A DNA stretch of 64,000 nucleotides from Shigella phage JK36. The stretch lies in sequence record MK962754.1, one strand, 5' to 3'. The position numbers and the translations under genes were made by a program. Below, piece after piece: positions 1 through 7,877 of the stretch (position 1 is its first letter; every line of letters begins with the position of its first letter). Under the pieces are notes generated by a model, which was not told the DNA's origin, did not search any database, and saw only the letters and a list, made by a program, of their open reading frames with translations.

Positions 1-85
1 TACAAATTTCTTCTACTCTAGCATCAGAATGGTGTGTAAAAGCATTCATCAGGGATAGATAAGGTCCAGTTAAAAATGTTCTCAT
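1..85 (-). CDS. hypothetical protein, N-terminal fragment (gene runs off window start)
   Basis: ATG at 85-83 on minus strand with purine-rich RBS; frame open to position 1 (MRTFLTGPYLSLMNAF...); too short for the ORF track. Confidence 0.25.
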   Translation of the reverse strand, partial: MRTFLTGPYLSLMNAFTHHSDARVEEIC

Positions 86-257
86 ATTATTTCTCTTAAG
101 GTTGGGGCCCTTCCGTGGCACATGTTAGGTCCTTCGACTCGCTATGTAAACCCATTACCGCATTGCGCTCGACCTTATTACAGGTTGGAAAAGGTACATC
201 ACTCAGAGGACTCGACGTTCATGAGGAGAGGTTGCGTTTCCCTTTATTAGGCAAGAA

Positions 258-587
258 TTATACTCTAGGCTTTTGAGCTTGTTTGGTATTGGATTCCCAT
301 GCGGCTTTGGTAATTTTGTTAGCGGCATAACCAAAGGCATTAGATAGAACACCTTTAGAGTTGAATACATCCAATCCAATAAGTACACCGGCTGTGTTAA
401 ATTTAGGAGCAAAGTACGCATTAGTTTTAGAAAGAACTTTTTTCAATTCAGGGTCTTGAACCAAGCCATCAAAAACGCCTTTACTATTTACTTTATATGT
501 TACTTTGGGATTTTTACCTTCTTCGATAGCAGCTTTCTGTTCCGCAGATAATGTAACTTCAGTGATAAACTCCTGATATGTTTTCAT
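258..587 (-). CDS. internal-protein-like capsid-targeted protein (109 aa)
   Basis: N-terminus MKTYQEFITE matches T4 capsid targeting sequence; ATG with AGGAA RBS; early-region position. Confidence 0.6.
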   Translation of the reverse strand: MKTYQEFITEVTLSAEQKAAIEEGKNPKVTYKVNSKGVFDGLVQDPELKKVLSKTNAYFAPKFNTAGVLIGLDVFNSKGVLSNAFGYAANKITKAAWESNTKQAQKPRV

Positions 588-612
588 TTTGTTCCTATTG
601 TTTTAATTTATG

Positions 613-927
613 TTATTCTTTAGGGAAGTTTTTAGAGTATGCATCATAAAGTTTATTACCAATACGACGGAAGACTTTAGCTGCAAAACGGTTTTCAGGG
701 TTTTTAATCATGATTTGCATCATGTAAGTTCCTGCATCCGAAAGAGCTTCTTCATAGTACCCATTAATTTCTTTAAGAGTCCTACGTTTACCACCAGGAC
801 CGTCAACAGTAATTTTCCATTTACCTGTAGAAGTGCGGCTCGGTGGCTCAACTTGTTCAATCCAAATATAACCACCTTCAACGCGTTGGTTGGCGGATTC
901 TGCAATAAATTCTTTATACGTTTTCAT
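613..927 (-). CDS. internal-protein-like capsid-targeted protein (104 aa)
   Basis: N-terminus MKTYKEFIAE (CTS-like); ATG with AAGGAAAC RBS. Confidence 0.6.
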   Translation of the reverse strand: MKTYKEFIAESANQRVEGGYIWIEQVEPPSRTSTGKWKITVDGPGGKRRTLKEINGYYEEALSDAGTYMMQIMIKNPENRFAAKVFRRIGNKLYDAYSKNFPKE

Positions 928-939
928 TTTTGTTTCCTT

Positions 940-990
940 GTTTGTTTTGATAGAGTAATTATACCATATTAATACTTAAGCGTAAACAAT
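940..990 (-). promoter_or_regulatory. T4-type early promoter / PeSL-like cassette
   Basis: Minus strand reads GTTTAC (-35, plus 982-987) then ~17 nt then TATAAT, then conserved CTATCAAAACAAA leader; upstream of ORF 613..927. Confidence 0.5.
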
Positions 991-1251
991 TTAAGCTTTA
1001 CCGCCAGAAATAATTCCGAAGTTGTTAAAATCATATCCAATATCGTCAACATCTACTTTAGGACTTGCTACAACATAAGCAATTTCACTACGTTTTGCAT
1101 AGGTGTTGATTTCTTTACCATCGCCACCTAAGAAAGAATACCCATTACGTTTTAATGAGCCAAAGTCTTCCGCATCACCAATGAAAGCTTTAACTTTAAA
1201 TTTAGGACCTTTGGCATCTGCTTCAATGATAAATTCTTGATACATTTTCAT
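991..1251 (-). CDS. internal-protein-like capsid-targeted protein (86 aa)
   Basis: N-terminus MKMYQEFIIE (CTS-like); ATG with AAGGA RBS; immediately downstream of denV. Confidence 0.55.
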   Translation of the reverse strand: MKMYQEFIIEADAKGPKFKVKAFIGDAEDFGSLKRNGYSFLGGDGKEINTYAKRSEIAYVVASPKVDVDDIGYDFNNFGIISGGKA

Positions 1252-1257
1252 TTTTCC

Positions 1258-1671
1258 TTAGTAAATTGATTTACCATAGTATTTGTACCAAGTCGGACGT
1301 TGAGCAATTTTTTCATCTAAGCGTGCTTGACTTATCGCAATGGACGCTTCGGACGGGACATAATTATTACGAAATTCGGCAGGGATGTCGGAAATATCCT
1401 GGACAGTCGTGTCCTTGATTTTGAACCCACGTTTCAAGCATTCAGCGATTAGCTCGATTTGACGTAAACGTAAAAATTCGAGTTTGTCGTAAAAGAATGT
1501 TACGTGACCTGTGCCTAAGATAAATGTTGGAGAGATTTTAAAATCCTTTACACGTTTACCGTTTTGAACATGTTTACGGACTGCACCAAATACGCGTGGT
1601 AATTCACGATACTCAGCCATAAGATGTTGGTCGGACAGTTCAGAAACAAGTGTTAAATTGATACGAGTCAT
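1258..1671 (-). CDS. denV: endonuclease V (pyrimidine-dimer DNA glycosylase/AP lyase)
   Basis: Protein from [12 protein letters not shown]... is near-identical in my recollection to T4 DenV (138 aa); start moved to internal ATG matching T4. Confidence 0.9.
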   Translation of the reverse strand: MTRINLTLVSELSDQHLMAEYRELPRVFGAVRKHVQNGKRVKDFKISPTFILGTGHVTFFYDKLEFLRLRQIELIAECLKRGFKIKDTTVQDISDIPAEFRNNYVPSEASIAISQARLDEKIAQRPTWYKYYGKSIY

Positions 1672-1683
1672 AATTTCCTCCAA

Positions 1684-1730
1684 GTAGTTGATGAATGTAT
1701 AGTATCAAAGTCCTTGGAGGAAGTAAACAC
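1684..1730 (-). promoter_or_regulatory. T4-type early promoter / PeSL-like cassette
   Basis: Minus strand GTTTAC (plus 1723-1728) + spacer + TACTATA-like -10, same cassette as other copies; upstream of denV. Confidence 0.5.
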
Positions 1731-2011
1731 TATTTTTCTGAAGCGCCTGAAATATATTTTTCAAGACGTTGTTTCATTAGCGAGCCGTTCTTAGCGATTT
1801 CTTCCGGTTTATCGCACATACGTAACAAGGCTTCAAGCTTAGCGATATCGCTGGTACGTTCAAATTTGCGAGTATCTATCTTACTAGCAAGTTCAGAAAT
1901 ACGTGCTAGTAGACTTTCGGCTTCAACCAAAGCTGCACCTAGCTTAGTTGCAAATGTGTCAGTAGCTTCGTTAAGAATAGATTCTGATAAAAATTCACTA
2001 TATGTTTTCAT
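1730..2011 (-). CDS. internal-protein-like capsid-targeted protein (ipII/ipIII position, 93 aa)
   Basis: Internal start gives [10 protein letters not shown] (CTS-like) with GGAAAG RBS; lies between e and denV where T4 has ipII/ipIII. Confidence 0.6.
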   Translation of the reverse strand: MKTYSEFLSESILNEATDTFATKLGAALVEAESLLARISELASKIDTRKFERTSDIAKLEALLRMCDKPEEIAKNGSLMKQRLEKYISGASEK

Positions 2012-2496
2012 ATATACGCTTTCCAAGTTCCTGTTTTAAATGTTGAGATTACGCGTTTCGCGCGATTAGGTGTCTGACGATACCATTTAGATTGGGCTAG
2101 ATTTACTGCCGCTTCATCCCAACGTTTCTGTTGAAGCATACGAAGAGAATTAGTAAAACCGGCGACGCCTGCTACACCCATTTGGAAGACCATATTGACC
2201 AATGCACAACGACGAACTGCATCTAAAGAATCATACACCGGTTTAAGTTTAGCATTACCCAAGATTCCGCGAACGGCTTTATCGACGTCTTCATTAAATA
2301 GCTTTTCGGCCTCATCAAGGGTAATTGTACCGTTGCATTTACGACCGATCATTCTGTCAAGTTCAGCTTTAGCTACGGCTAAAGACGGGTTCTTTGTTAC
2401 TAAATGGCCTATGCCAATCGTCCAAAAGCCTTCAGTGTCTTTGTATAAAGTCAGTCTAAGACCTTCGTCATTACGAAGCATTTCAAATATATTCAT
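2008..2496 (-). CDS. e: T4-type endolysin (lysozyme e)
   Basis: [15 protein letters not shown]...DEAEKLF... about 80% identical by eye to T4 lysozyme incl. catalytic E11/D20/T26 context. Confidence 0.95.
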   Translation of the reverse strand: MNIFEMLRNDEGLRLTLYKDTEGFWTIGIGHLVTKNPSLAVAKAELDRMIGRKCNGTITLDEAEKLFNEDVDKAVRGILGNAKLKPVYDSLDAVRRCALVNMVFQMGVAGVAGFTNSLRMLQQKRWDEAAVNLAQSKWYRQTPNRAKRVISTFKTGTWKAYI

Positions 2497-2530
2497 AATA
2501 CCTCCCACGTTTATAGGAGGTATTTATTAC

Positions 2531-2989
2531 TTATAGGAGGGTAGTGAGCACCTTATATAATGATTTGCCCATTACATATTCCCATTGAGAAGGTTTAATT
2601 AAAGCGAATGCATCAAATTCAGGAATCTGTCGTCCGTCTGGGAATGTATGATAGGAATTACAAACACTGTTTCTGAATTGCTCGTGCTCTACAGGGATGG
2701 TATATTGGAACAGATGAATATTCTTATTGTCTGAGTAATGATGTTCGCCTAGGTCTTTCAGGAAGGCAGGGTCATATTGTGTAAACCCAGTTTCTTCTTC
2801 GCATTCACGAATAGCGGCTTCAATAGGAGATTCGCCAGGTTCGACACGGCCTTTAGGAATATCCCAGCGATGAACTAATGCACCTTTAGGACGAGAACCA
2901 GTTACACGGCCCATGAATAATTCTTTATCTTCGGTAAGGAAAATAATACCGGCTGATAGTTCTTTCACTTTATTTTTCTTACTCATCAT
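2531..2989 (-). CDS. nudE: Nudix hydrolase
   Basis: Nudix box GRVEPGESPIEAAIRECEEETG; position right after e as in T4. Confidence 0.85.
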   Translation of the reverse strand: MMSKKNKVKELSAGIIFLTEDKELFMGRVTGSRPKGALVHRWDIPKGRVEPGESPIEAAIRECEEETGFTQYDPAFLKDLGEHHYSDNKNIHLFQYTIPVEHEQFRNSVCNSYHTFPDGRQIPEFDAFALIKPSQWEYVMGKSLYKVLTTLL

Positions 2990-3230
2990 CTCGGTCCCAT
3001 GATTTGGCCATTAATTCGGACATAAATTCTTCAATGCGCGTTTCTTTAGATGGACTTTCACTATTAGAGACCGCAAGTTTGTAATCTGCAATAGGACAGA
3101 ACATATCAAGGTCCATATTAAGGTCGTCTTTGATTTTTTCTTCTGACACATCTTTATCGTATGTGTACAGATAACTATCACATGATTCTGATTTAATGTA
3201 AATTGCTATACTCATCTCAAATTCCTGCAT
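2979..3230 (-). CDS. hypothetical protein (83 aa)
   Basis: ORF with ATG; start overlaps the ECR codons of upstream gene; no recognisable motif. Confidence 0.4.
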   Translation of the reverse strand: MQEFEMSIAIYIKSESCDSYLYTYDKDVSEEKIKDDLNMDLDMFCPIADYKLAVSNSESPSKETRIEEFMSELMAKSWDRDDE

Positions 3231-3709
3231 TCGGTAATAAAACGTTCAACTTCATTATTCTTGGCCTTTATCTTGTCTTTACGTTCCTGTAAACTACTTT
3301 TAACAAGATTAATAATGATGCCTACAGTACCTCCACCAATAATACCACCAATAATACTTACGATAGTAGATGCTAATAAGATAGCAATAATATCAACAAA
3401 ACCGAAAGAACTCACCTTAGTACTAAAAAACCATACCGACGGTACAAATATAATCCATCCTGTTATCCATTGGCACTTATTGAAAAACTTTTCAAGCTCA
3501 GCTTGAGTTGTTCGTATTACTTCATCGATAGGTTGATATCCATTAATGTATCTGTTCACGATAATACCTGCTGGCTGGTCGATTTTAAATTCTTGGCAAA
3601 TATGATTCACTAAGTAGGATGGACATCCTGTCCAATCTACTGAATAGTATGAAATACCTTCGTTGCCATCGTCTATATTAGACCAATATGTTTTGTTAAT
3701 CATTACCAT
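3212..3709 (-). CDS. membrane protein, 'FIxECR-tail' family member (165 aa)
   Basis: Hydrophobic segments (IIAILLASTIVSIIGGIIGGGTVGIIINLV); C-terminal tail ...NNEVERFITECRNLR shared with 4 paralogs. Confidence 0.45.
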   Translation of the reverse strand: MVMINKTYWSNIDDGNEGISYYSVDWTGCPSYLVNHICQEFKIDQPAGIIVNRYINGYQPIDEVIRTTQAELEKFFNKCQWITGWIIFVPSVWFFSTKVSSFGFVDIIAILLASTIVSIIGGIIGGGTVGIIINLVKSSLQERKDKIKAKNNEVERFITECRNLR

Positions 3710-4389
3710 CCTTCCATAGGGAATTCCAGATAAACTTGGGCATTGACACGAATTTCATTGGTAATCTTTTTAACTCGGTCTGTATTACGAGATACACGTC
3801 CGAACCAACGCCATCCGTTACTAATTGCACGAGAACCAGTGTGCCATGTTTGCCAATCAAACTGAAGAAGAGTACGATCTGGAGCTTCCCATTTCTCTAG
3901 TTCACCTTTTTCAATTTTTTCGAGGACTTCTTTGTGCCACTGGCGATAGATAAGTTCGCCATCAGGAATCTGACTGAACTCTGCAGTTCCTGTTGCAAAA
4001 TGAGTAGGACACACGTCAGCGTTAACAAGACCAAGAATATGTTCAGAATGGTAACGAGGGTTGTCATAGTCAGGTTGTCCTGCAGTAATAAAGTGTTGAC
4101 CAACTGGAATATCAGGGCGAGGAACATCGTCATGGTGGTATCCAGGAATAGCAGGATACCAACCAGGCATCAGCATATGAACCCGAGAATCAAATACAAC
4201 ATGTTGATTAGTCCAATCAATTGGGAGATTGGCAATAAAGCTACGAGTGATTGAGCCACCATTATCCCAAGCAAAACCCAAATCACAGTTAAAGAACATT
4301 GGTTCATTTTTGATTCGGTCATTTTGTACGTTATGTGCAAAACTACCTACTGCACGAGCTTGACTATTAAACACTTTAGAACTATTCAT
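3703..4389 (-). CDS. hypothetical protein (228 aa), His-rich motifs
   Basis: Long ORF in operon context; motifs PGWYPAIPGYHHDDVPRPD and HSEHILG; function unknown. Confidence 0.5.
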   Translation of the reverse strand: MNSSKVFNSQARAVGSFAHNVQNDRIKNEPMFFNCDLGFAWDNGGSITRSFIANLPIDWTNQHVVFDSRVHMLMPGWYPAIPGYHHDDVPRPDIPVGQHFITAGQPDYDNPRYHSEHILGLVNADVCPTHFATGTAEFSQIPDGELIYRQWHKEVLEKIEKGELEKWEAPDRTLLQFDWQTWHTGSRAISNGWRWFGRVSRNTDRVKKITNEIRVNAQVYLEFPMEGW

Positions 4390-4390
4390 A

Positions 4391-4696
4391 TTATTTTCCT
4401 CGGCATTCTTTAATGAAATTTTCTAGATTGGTAGATTCAATAGCTTTTTTACGAGCTTCGGCATGTTCTTCTTCAGACAATTTACATTTATAATTGACCC
4501 AGACATTATGGTCGAAACTAGTCGTGGCATATAATAACAATGCTCCAACGAATAGCAAAAACGGCGATAAGAATACAAAACCAGGAACACCATCCATATC
4601 GTACGCCTTTTGTAATACTGCAACAGAAAGAGCTGCGTAAAAAGGTGATGCAAATATTGTTAAAAGGCCAATTCGGTTGGTTTCGCCTAATTTCAT
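4391..4696 (-). CDS. small 2-TM membrane protein, 'FIxECR-tail' family (101 aa)
   Basis: Two hydrophobic helices; C-terminal ...ESTNLENFIKECRGK; ATG with GAGGAGA RBS; PeSL upstream. Confidence 0.5.
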   Translation of the reverse strand: MKLGETNRIGLLTIFASPFYAALSVAVLQKAYDMDGVPGFVFLSPFLLFVGALLLYATTSFDHNVWVNYKCKLSEEEHAEARKKAIESTNLENFIKECRGK

Positions 4697-4711
4697 AATA
4701 TTCTCCTCATG

Positions 4712-4756
4712 TTTTAATAGGACTACTATAATATAGCCCTATCAGTTTGTACACTT
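4712..4756 (-). promoter_or_regulatory. early promoter / PeSL-like cassette
   Basis: ATAGGACTACTATAATATAGCCCTATC stem-loop (GATAGG/CCTATC-type inverted repeat) with -35-like element; upstream of 4391..4696. Confidence 0.5.
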
Positions 4757-4955
4757 ATTTTGACATTTCTTCGATGTCACGACGATACCCATCACGAACT
4801 TCACGAAGAGCTTCAAGGCCACACATAGGCTCGATACCAGTAATGTGAACTTGATTAATCTGATACTCTACATCTTCTAACTGAGCGAAAACATAACGAC
4901 GTTCTGCTGCACAACCAGGTTTAGCTTTACCGAAACGTTTATTCAAAGTAGTCAT
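4755..4955 (-). CDS. hypothetical protein (66 aa)
   Basis: ORF-track start 4973 is GTG; ATG at 4955 (MTTLNKRF...) follows a PeSL cassette. Confidence 0.4.
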   Translation of the reverse strand: MTTLNKRFGKAKPGCAAERRYVFAQLEDVEYQINQVHITGIEPMCGLEALREVRDGYRRDIEEMSK

Positions 4956-4975
4956 TTTTATATCTCCATTCACTC

Positions 4976-5025
4976 ATTTGTTTTGATAGGTCTATAGTAT
5001 CAACAACTACAGACCTTGTAAACTG
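4976..5025 (-). promoter_or_regulatory. early promoter / PeSL-like cassette
   Basis: Minus GTTTAC (plus 5018-5023) + spacer + TACTATAGACC; variant of repeated cassette. Confidence 0.5.
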
Positions 5026-5035
5026 TTTTGCGAAA

Positions 5036-5992
5036 TTATTTGAAAGGTTTTACCATATGGAAATTTTGTTTGAAACGTTTGACGTAATCGTCGTGTCCTA
5101 AGCTTTGGTACATACTTACTACTTTGCTATAATTTTCCCAAGCGAACTCACGGAACCATCCTGATGTGATTGATGTACAGACCTTTTCAAGGGCCATCAT
5201 AAAACTATCACGTGGATGGATTTTAAAGTCGTTAGGAATCTGTGAACGTTCTAACGCTAGTACACATGATTCTTCGTATACGCCGGCCAATTTGACCATT
5301 TCTGGTAATGATTCGAACTTCTCGCGTGAGGTCATGACTTCAGAACCGTCTTTCATATAAAATGTATACGCTGGACGGTCTGTTAGTGCAATGGCTTCAT
5401 GAATAGTATCATGGTCATATGTATAGATGTCACCTTTAAAGAACGCACTTTTAGAAGTGTCAAGAACCGGGTGAGCATAGTTCAAGGTTTCTTTCTGGCG
5501 TTTCAGCATAATTTCAGTAAGTTCATCGTTCAGTGTAACACCTTTACCACGAAGATACTGAATATGGTTCATAGTCTTTAAAAAGAACGGATTATTTTTC
5601 TTGAAACGATGGGACATCTTAATTGCAAGACACATCTCAGGAGTTGCCCAGTAAAACCCGTTCAAACGGTCTTTAGTCAAATTTTTCTTGGCGTATTTTA
5701 AAAGGTCATAAGAAGACGTGAAATCTTCAGGAGTGAGTTCACCGACTAGTTCGCGAACGTTAGTGAGAGCCGGAACGATGTATGCTTCAAAATGAGTTTC
5801 GCGTCCATTATGGAAGCATTTGAAAACTTGGACATCAGGGTTATCTTGGTGAACATATACACCCATCATTTGATTTTTGAATGCATTCCAAGAACATTGG
5901 TCTGCAATAAAGTCCCAATCACTATTTTTAATAGCGCTAGAATCAATAAGACCGTGATAGTGAAGTGCACGAGAACCAATAACTAACATCAT
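5036..5992 (-). CDS. hypothetical protein (318 aa), possible nucleotidyltransferase-fold N-terminus
   Basis: Largest novel ORF; N-terminal IGSRAL...(17 aa)...SDWDFIAD resembles the G[GS]...D-x-D signature of pol-beta-type NTases (weak). Confidence 0.5.
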   Translation of the reverse strand: MMLVIGSRALHYHGLIDSSAIKNSDWDFIADQCSWNAFKNQMMGVYVHQDNPDVQVFKCFHNGRETHFEAYIVPALTNVRELVGELTPEDFTSSYDLLKYAKKNLTKDRLNGFYWATPEMCLAIKMSHRFKKNNPFFLKTMNHIQYLRGKGVTLNDELTEIMLKRQKETLNYAHPVLDTSKSAFFKGDIYTYDHDTIHEAIALTDRPAYTFYMKDGSEVMTSREKFESLPEMVKLAGVYEESCVLALERSQIPNDFKIHPRDSFMMALEKVCTSITSGWFREFAWENYSKVVSMYQSLGHDDYVKRFKQNFHMVKPFK

Positions 5993-6020
5993 AATATTTT
6001 CCTCGGATTAATTCATTAAC

Positions 6021-6260
6021 TTAAATTTCACGACATGCGATATTATATTCATCCCAGAGGTCATCATGTGAAGCCTCTACCAATGGAACGATTGTACCGT
6101 TTATGTCTTCATTATAAGGGCAAATTGTACAGTGCGCATCTTCGAATCGGATGCCTTTGTGTTCAGATTTTTTATAACGCATATCGAATATCTTTGCAAA
6201 CTTTTCACGAGTAATGGTTTTACCAACCACTTTGGTTCCGATACTTTCGTAATAAATCAT
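6021..6260 (-). CDS. small Cys-containing protein (79 aa)
   Basis: Start moved to ATG with GGAG RBS (MIYYESIG...); contains HCTICP motif; follows PeSL. Confidence 0.45.
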   Translation of the reverse strand: MIYYESIGTKVVGKTITREKFAKIFDMRYKKSEHKGIRFEDAHCTICPYNEDINGTIVPLVEASHDDLWDEYNIACREI

Positions 6261-6273
6261 TGTGGACTCCATT

Positions 6274-6320
6274 TGTTTTGATAGGACTACTATAACATAG
6301 CCCTATCTTGTTGTAAACTG
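6274..6320 (-). promoter_or_regulatory. early promoter / PeSL-like cassette
   Basis: Minus GTTTAC (plus 6313-6318), spacer, TATAGT, stem-loop GATAGG..CCTATC. Confidence 0.55.
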
Positions 6321-6322
6321 TT

Positions 6323-6520
6323 TTAGCAAGAATAACTAGATGATACCCAGCCTTGAACAGTGATACTATTGTGGGATAATGAGATCGCGTCCTGGAGATT
6401 CAGACCTGCGTTATCTTCAATCCATAATGTAACTTCTTCGCGTTCTTCTGTTGCAATTTGGAACAGGTTTTCCAGAGCAGCTACTGCCGTACGTACAGCA
6501 CAATCTAATTCACGAGACAT
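6323..6520 (-). CDS. small protein, 'WVxSSxxC' paralog 3 (65 aa)
   Basis: C-terminus ...QGWVSSSYSC; N-terminal helix similar to neighbours; tandem with 6530..6802 and 6812..7117. Confidence 0.5.
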   Translation of the reverse strand: MSRELDCAVRTAVAALENLFQIATEEREEVTLWIEDNAGLNLQDAISLSHNSITVQGWVSSSYSC

Positions 6521-6529
6521 ATTGTTTCC

Positions 6530-6802
6530 TTAGCAAGTGTGAGAAGATGCGACCCAACCACCAGTTTCGAGGCTCAGGTTGTAGTCGTATTGGTAAACGT
6601 CAGCCCATTCAGCATAGCCGTTTTTTGTACAACGTTCAAGATCGGCTTTAAGATGTCCGGGTGAATGATAGGTTCCACCCATACCATAAGCTGGGTACAA
6701 GTTGAATGTTGTGTTTTGTTTATCAGCAATTTCTTTGGCAGCCTCAATAGCTGCATAGATTTTTGCTACAGCTTCAGCCAGTTCGGTTTGTTCTTTAGAC
6801 AT
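6530..6802 (-). CDS. small protein, 'WVxSSxxC' paralog 2 (90 aa)
   Basis: C-terminus ...GGWVASSHTC; stop overlaps RBS of next gene. Confidence 0.5.
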   Translation of the reverse strand: MSKEQTELAEAVAKIYAAIEAAKEIADKQNTTFNLYPAYGMGGTYHSPGHLKADLERCTKNGYAEWADVYQYDYNLSLETGGWVASSHTC

Positions 6803-6811
6803 AATGATTCC

Positions 6812-7117
6812 TTAGCACAACGCAGAAGACGAAACCCAAGCACCTTCAGTAATAACGTATCCATTACCTTCACGCTTAACATCGCCGCCATTATTTTCAA
6901 TTTCATCTTTCATCCACTGGGATACGATTTCACCCTTAGGATAATAAGTACGACCGCTACCATAATCACCTACAGAAAATGATACGGCATATTGGTCTGC
7001 GATCTTTGTTGCTTCTTCTTCGATACGTTCAGCTTGATTCAGAAGTTTATAAATTGCATCTGAAGCGGATTTGGCATCATTAAACTCTGGTACTTTAATT
7101 TCAATAATCTTACTCAT
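6812..7117 (-). CDS. small protein, 'WVxSSxxC' paralog 1 (101 aa)
   Basis: C-terminus ...GAWVSSSALC; translationally coupled (ATGA overlap) to upstream membrane-protein gene. Confidence 0.5.
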   Translation of the reverse strand: MSKIIEIKVPEFNDAKSASDAIYKLLNQAERIEEEATKIADQYAVSFSVGDYGSGRTYYPKGEIVSQWMKDEIENNGGDVKREGNGYVITEGAWVSSSALC

Positions 7118-7473
7118 TTTCTACATTCCTTAATAAAGTTTTCGATTGTTTCATTTTCACGTCTAGCTAGGAGTTCATTATAACTAATCATTTGAGAAGC
7201 GTAAACCTTTTTATTTTTCTTGTTGTGGTTTATAAAATCGTAGTAAAAATAGACTACAGTACAAAATGATGCGATGGATGCAAAGGCTTGGGTGTACCGT
7301 AAGTCCTGCCATTGGTCTGTGAATCCACCAGTGTTCCCTATAAATCCTAACACAACGCCGTCAATAAGAAATCCAACTAATCCAAAGGCAAATCCCATGC
7401 CAATACTCATAATAAAAATTAGAATGTTCTCACCAAGAGAAGGCCATACGGTTAAGAGTTGAGGCTTTTGCAT
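7114..7473 (-). CDS. membrane protein, 'FIxECR-tail' family (119 aa)
   Basis: Hydrophobic helices; C-terminal ...ENETIENFIKECRK. Confidence 0.5.
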   Translation of the reverse strand: MQKPQLLTVWPSLGENILIFIMSIGMGFAFGLVGFLIDGVVLGFIGNTGGFTDQWQDLRYTQAFASIASFCTVVYFYYDFINHNKKNKKVYASQMISYNELLARRENETIENFIKECRK

Positions 7474-7877
7474 CTTATTTCCTTAACGAATTCCATAGCT
7501 TCTTCATATTCATACTTTTTAACAGCTTCATCATACTGAGCTTGGGCTTTTGCGCACTGAACTCTCCATTCTCTTACTCGAGCTCTGTGATGACGGCCTT
7601 GGTGCCAATATCCAATCCAATTAATAGGCATCAATAAAAACGGTACAATAAGTGGTGCGACGAACATTAATGAAAATGCTGCATCAGACGATATAACTTC
7701 ACTAGAATCTAAAACAGCTCCTATAATCATAAAGATTAAAAATGCTAAAGCTAAAATAGGGCCAAATAGTACTTCATTTGGGATTAATTTACGCTTATAT
7801 TCATACGCCCAGGGCTTACTTGGCATGTATAGGGTTGGCTTTGACATATTCTCTACATTCCATAATAAATTGCTCAA
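7452..7877 (-). CDS. membrane protein, divergent 'FIxECR-tail' family (141 aa; alternative start at 7847)
   Basis: Two hydrophobic helices; tail ...EEAMEFVKEIRCKSLNS; start ambiguous between 7877 and 7847. Confidence 0.45.
   Translation of the reverse strand: MSNLLWNVENMSKPTLYMPSKPWAYEYKRKLIPNEVLFGPILALAFLIFMIIGAVLDSSEVISSDAAFSLMFVAPLIVPFLLMPINWIGYWHQGRHHRARVREWRVQCAKAQAQYDEAVKKYEYEEAMEFVKEIRCKSLNS

Noticed and set aside
610-972. Plus-strand ORF (120 aa) in the six-frame track
   Set aside because: Lies entirely antisense to the CTS-tagged gene 613..927, which has a proper RBS and the conserved N-terminal tag; low-complexity translation; judged spurious.
3226-3230. The ATG embedded in the conserved ...GAATGC... 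(E-C codons) as an internal start in every family member
   Set aside because: Only in 3212..3709 does that ATG open a real downstream ORF; in the other copies it is followed immediately by a stop, so it is not a general start.
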